In this document: positions 61,712 to 63,428 of the stretch, one piece after another
How the letters are laid out: the number at the start of each line of letters is the position of its first letter
Position numbering within the stretch: the stretch's first letter is position 1
Source of the DNA: Escherichia coli
GTDB lineage: Bacteria > Pseudomonadota > Gammaproteobacteria > Enterobacterales > Enterobacteriaceae
Length of the DNA stretch: 63,428 bases
Assembly: GCF_024223415.1 (NCBI RefSeq)
Contig: NZ_CP100504.1
Strand: one strand, 5' to 3'
Translations under genes and position numbers: made by a program
Notes under the pieces: generated by a model
Databases searched by the model: none
Told to the model about the DNA's origin: nothing
The model's input: the letters and a program-made list of their open reading frames with translations, nothing else

Positions 61712-62161
61712 ATGGAATATGATGATGTATCAGAATTGATGATTAAGCGTGAACACAATATTCTTATTGTTGGGAATTCTGCCTCCCACATTGATAAGTT
61801 TTTTAAGGAGTATTCTATACCAAGTTCTAAATATTATGATTTCACTCAGATTAACAGTGATTCAGATGTAGAGAGAAATGAGAATGCTGTCTCTTTTATC
61901 AGGGATGCAATGAATAGTGAAGAGCTCACAATCATTTTTAATTGCGTTGGGTGGCCTGATTTAGGTGGTGGATCAGCAGTATCACTGTTTGCAATGATGG
62001 CCAGAAAATTTGGTAAACAACTTATTGTCGCTGTAAGTGAAAAGTATGCCATCAAATTAAAAGACAACTTTGATATTATTGGGATGTTGTCATATGGTAA
62101 AGAAAATTTTATTGCCATGAGTCATACGAAAAGCGAGTTAACTGGAGGGAAACGTCGGTAA
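61712..62161 (+). CDS. hypothetical protein with a Gly-rich (GGGS) loop
   Basis: 149-aa ORF with RBS aaaggtga; pattern of hydrophobic strands (ILIVGN, TIIFNCVGWPDLGGGSAVS, QLIVAV) suggests a Rossmann-like fold; AT-rich. Confidence 0.5.
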   Translation: MEYDDVSELMIKREHNILIVGNSASHIDKFFKEYSIPSSKYYDFTQINSDSDVERNENAVSFIRDAMNSEELTIIFNCVGWPDLGGGSAVSLFAMMARKFGKQLIVAVSEKYAIKLKDNFDIIGMLSYGKENFIAMSHTKSELTGGKRR

Positions 62162-62206
62162 CGGATTAAAAATAGATGTAAATAAAAAGCATACTTATTG
62201 GCTGGA

Positions 62207-62250
62207 GTGACGCCTTCGTGCTTCGGTAGTAAAAAACGGGAAATGAAGGT
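62207..62250. repeat. partial copy C of the conserved intergenic motif
   Basis: tgacgccttcgtgcttcggtagtaaaaaacgggaaatgaagg shares both ends with copy B but lacks the central part; lies upstream of srnB. Confidence 0.6.
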
Positions 62251-62375
62251 AATAGTCAGCAACAGGGAATGTGGTATTATCGCGGCGGGTGTCTGAGCCT
62301 TTCTGGTTCAGGCAAGACGCAGGTACCAGAAATGCGAAGACCCCACTTGTTAATCCATTAACTCGTGAGGTCTGC

Positions 62376-62582
62376 ATGAAGTACTTGAACACTACTGATT
62401 GTAGCCTCTTCCTTGCAGAGAGGTCAAAGTTTATGACGAAATATGCCCTTATCGGGTTGCTCGCCGTGTGCGCCACGGTGTTGTGTTTTTCACTGATATT
62501 CAGGGAACGGTTATGTGAACTGAATATTCACAGGGGAAATACAGTGGTGCAGGTAACTCTGGCCTACGAAGCACGGAAGTAA
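62376..62582 (+). CDS. srnB: SrnB (Hok/Gef-family membrane toxin locus)
   Basis: 68-aa ORF MKYLNTTDCSLFLAERSKFMTKYALIGLLAVCATVLCFSLIFRERLCELNIHRGNTVVQVTLAYEARK; Hok-like core starts at MTKYAL; a GC-rich fold-back region follows. Confidence 0.8.
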   Translation: MKYLNTTDCSLFLAERSKFMTKYALIGLLAVCATVLCFSLIFRERLCELNIHRGNTVVQVTLAYEARK

Positions 62583-62865
62583 GCTGCCGGGCGGGGACGG
62601 AAGTCCCCGCTTTCCGGGAGTGTGAGGTATTTCAGGGGCAGACACCCTACACGTCAGAAACCGCCGGTCCCGCCCGGGGCCGGCACACAGGTTAAGGCAT
62701 TTCCTGTTTTTCAGCCATTTCGCAACAAAATTCACACTAAACGACAGTAATCCCCGTTGATTTGTGCGCCAACACAGATCGTCGTCACAATTCTCAAGTC
62801 GCTGATTTCAAAAAACTGTAGTATCCTCTGCGAAACGATCCCTGTTTGAGTATTGAGGAGGCGGG

Positions 62866-63126
62866 ATGTCGCAGATCGAAAATGCAGTAACTTCCTCACC
62901 GAAACGCATTTACAGAAAAGGTAATCCGTTAACCGGAGCCGAGAAACAACGTATATCTGTTTCCCGGAAAAAGGGGACACATAAAGCGATTAATGTTTTC
63001 ATCCAGAGTGAACTCAAAGATGATTTGACACAGCTTTGTAAAGATTCGGGCTTAACTCAAAAAGAAATGATAGAGCACTGGATTTTGAAAGAAAAAGCTG
63101 CGATGGATAATGCGAATAGAAGGTAA
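62866..63126 (+). CDS. repA2: replication regulator RepA2 (CopB)
   Basis: 86 aa starting MSQIENAVTSS..., CopB-like; sits upstream of the copA/tap/repA1 control region. Confidence 0.8.
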   Translation: MSQIENAVTSSPKRIYRKGNPLTGAEKQRISVSRKKGTHKAINVFIQSELKDDLTQLCKDSGLTQKEMIEHWILKEKAAMDNANRR

Positions 63127-63169
63127 CTAAGTTACTTTCTTGAACATTTGAATTGCGGATGCTAGATTA

Positions 63170-63265
63170 CTGATCGTTTAAGGAATTTTGTGGCTGGCCA
63201 CGCCGTAAGGTGGCAGGGAACTGGTTCTGATGTGGATTTACAGGAGCCAGAAAAGTGAAAACCCC
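63170..63265 (-). ncRNA. copA: CopA antisense RNA (approximate)
   Basis: Stem-loop-rich region between repA2 and tap; placed by analogy with R1/R100 copy-number control; ends not determinable by eye. Confidence 0.4.
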
Positions 63266-63361
63266 GATAATCTTCAGCAAGTTTGGCGACTAAGAGAAGA
63301 TTAACGGGGCCATCTAAAAACCGTATAGCCAACAATTCAGCTATGCGGGGAGTATAGTTAT

Positions 63362-63428
63362 ATGCCCGGAAAAGTTCAAGACTTCTTTCTGTGCTCACTC
63401 CTTCTGCGCATTGTAAGTGCAGGATGGT
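63362..63428 (+). CDS. tap: RepA leader peptide Tap (RepA6), 5' part; continues on bases 1-6
   Basis: [22 protein letters not shown] encoded to the window end; joining to bases 1-6 gives ...WCD-stop, with the repA1 GTG overlapping (translational coupling). Confidence 0.8.

Noticed and set aside
62866-63428. A second, partial replicon at the end of the window
   Set aside because: repA2, copA and tap at the end join directly to repA1 at base 1 across the circular junction, so this is one IncFII replicon.

Overview
The window reads as one complete, circular IncFII (F/R100-like) conjugative plasmid of about 63.4 kb, linearised at the repA1 start codon. The tap leader peptide begins at 63362 and finishes on bases 1-6, so the ends join. 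Calls rest on my reading of the supplied ORF translations and the raw sequence; no searches or computations were run, and family names are from recalled protein signatures. Order of content: RepFII replicon (repA2/copB, copA, tap, repA1, oriR); a ParE/RelE-type toxin-antitoxin pair; an orphan colicin-immunity gene; a GC-rich four-gene iron-uptake locus (binding protein, permease, ATPase, MFS) resembling eitABCD, next to decayed IS and recombinase remnants; parMRC partition; a long leading region (klcA, orphan DNA methyltransferase, ssb, psiB, psiA, ParB-like nuclease, hok/mok/sok, DUF932-like, orf169) punctuated by three near-identical ~620-bp direct repeats; oriT with an F-type nic site; a full tra operon from traM to traX plus finO and finP; then a thermonuclease, a DUF2726-like protein, srnB and unknown ORFs. 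No antibiotic-resistance genes were seen. The most interesting signals are the repeat-punctuated leading-region island with several uncharacterised ORFs, AT-rich cargo ORFs inserted at four points in the tra operon, an ~80-bp motif recurring next to cargo genes, and apparent frameshifts in traJ and the ParB-like gene.
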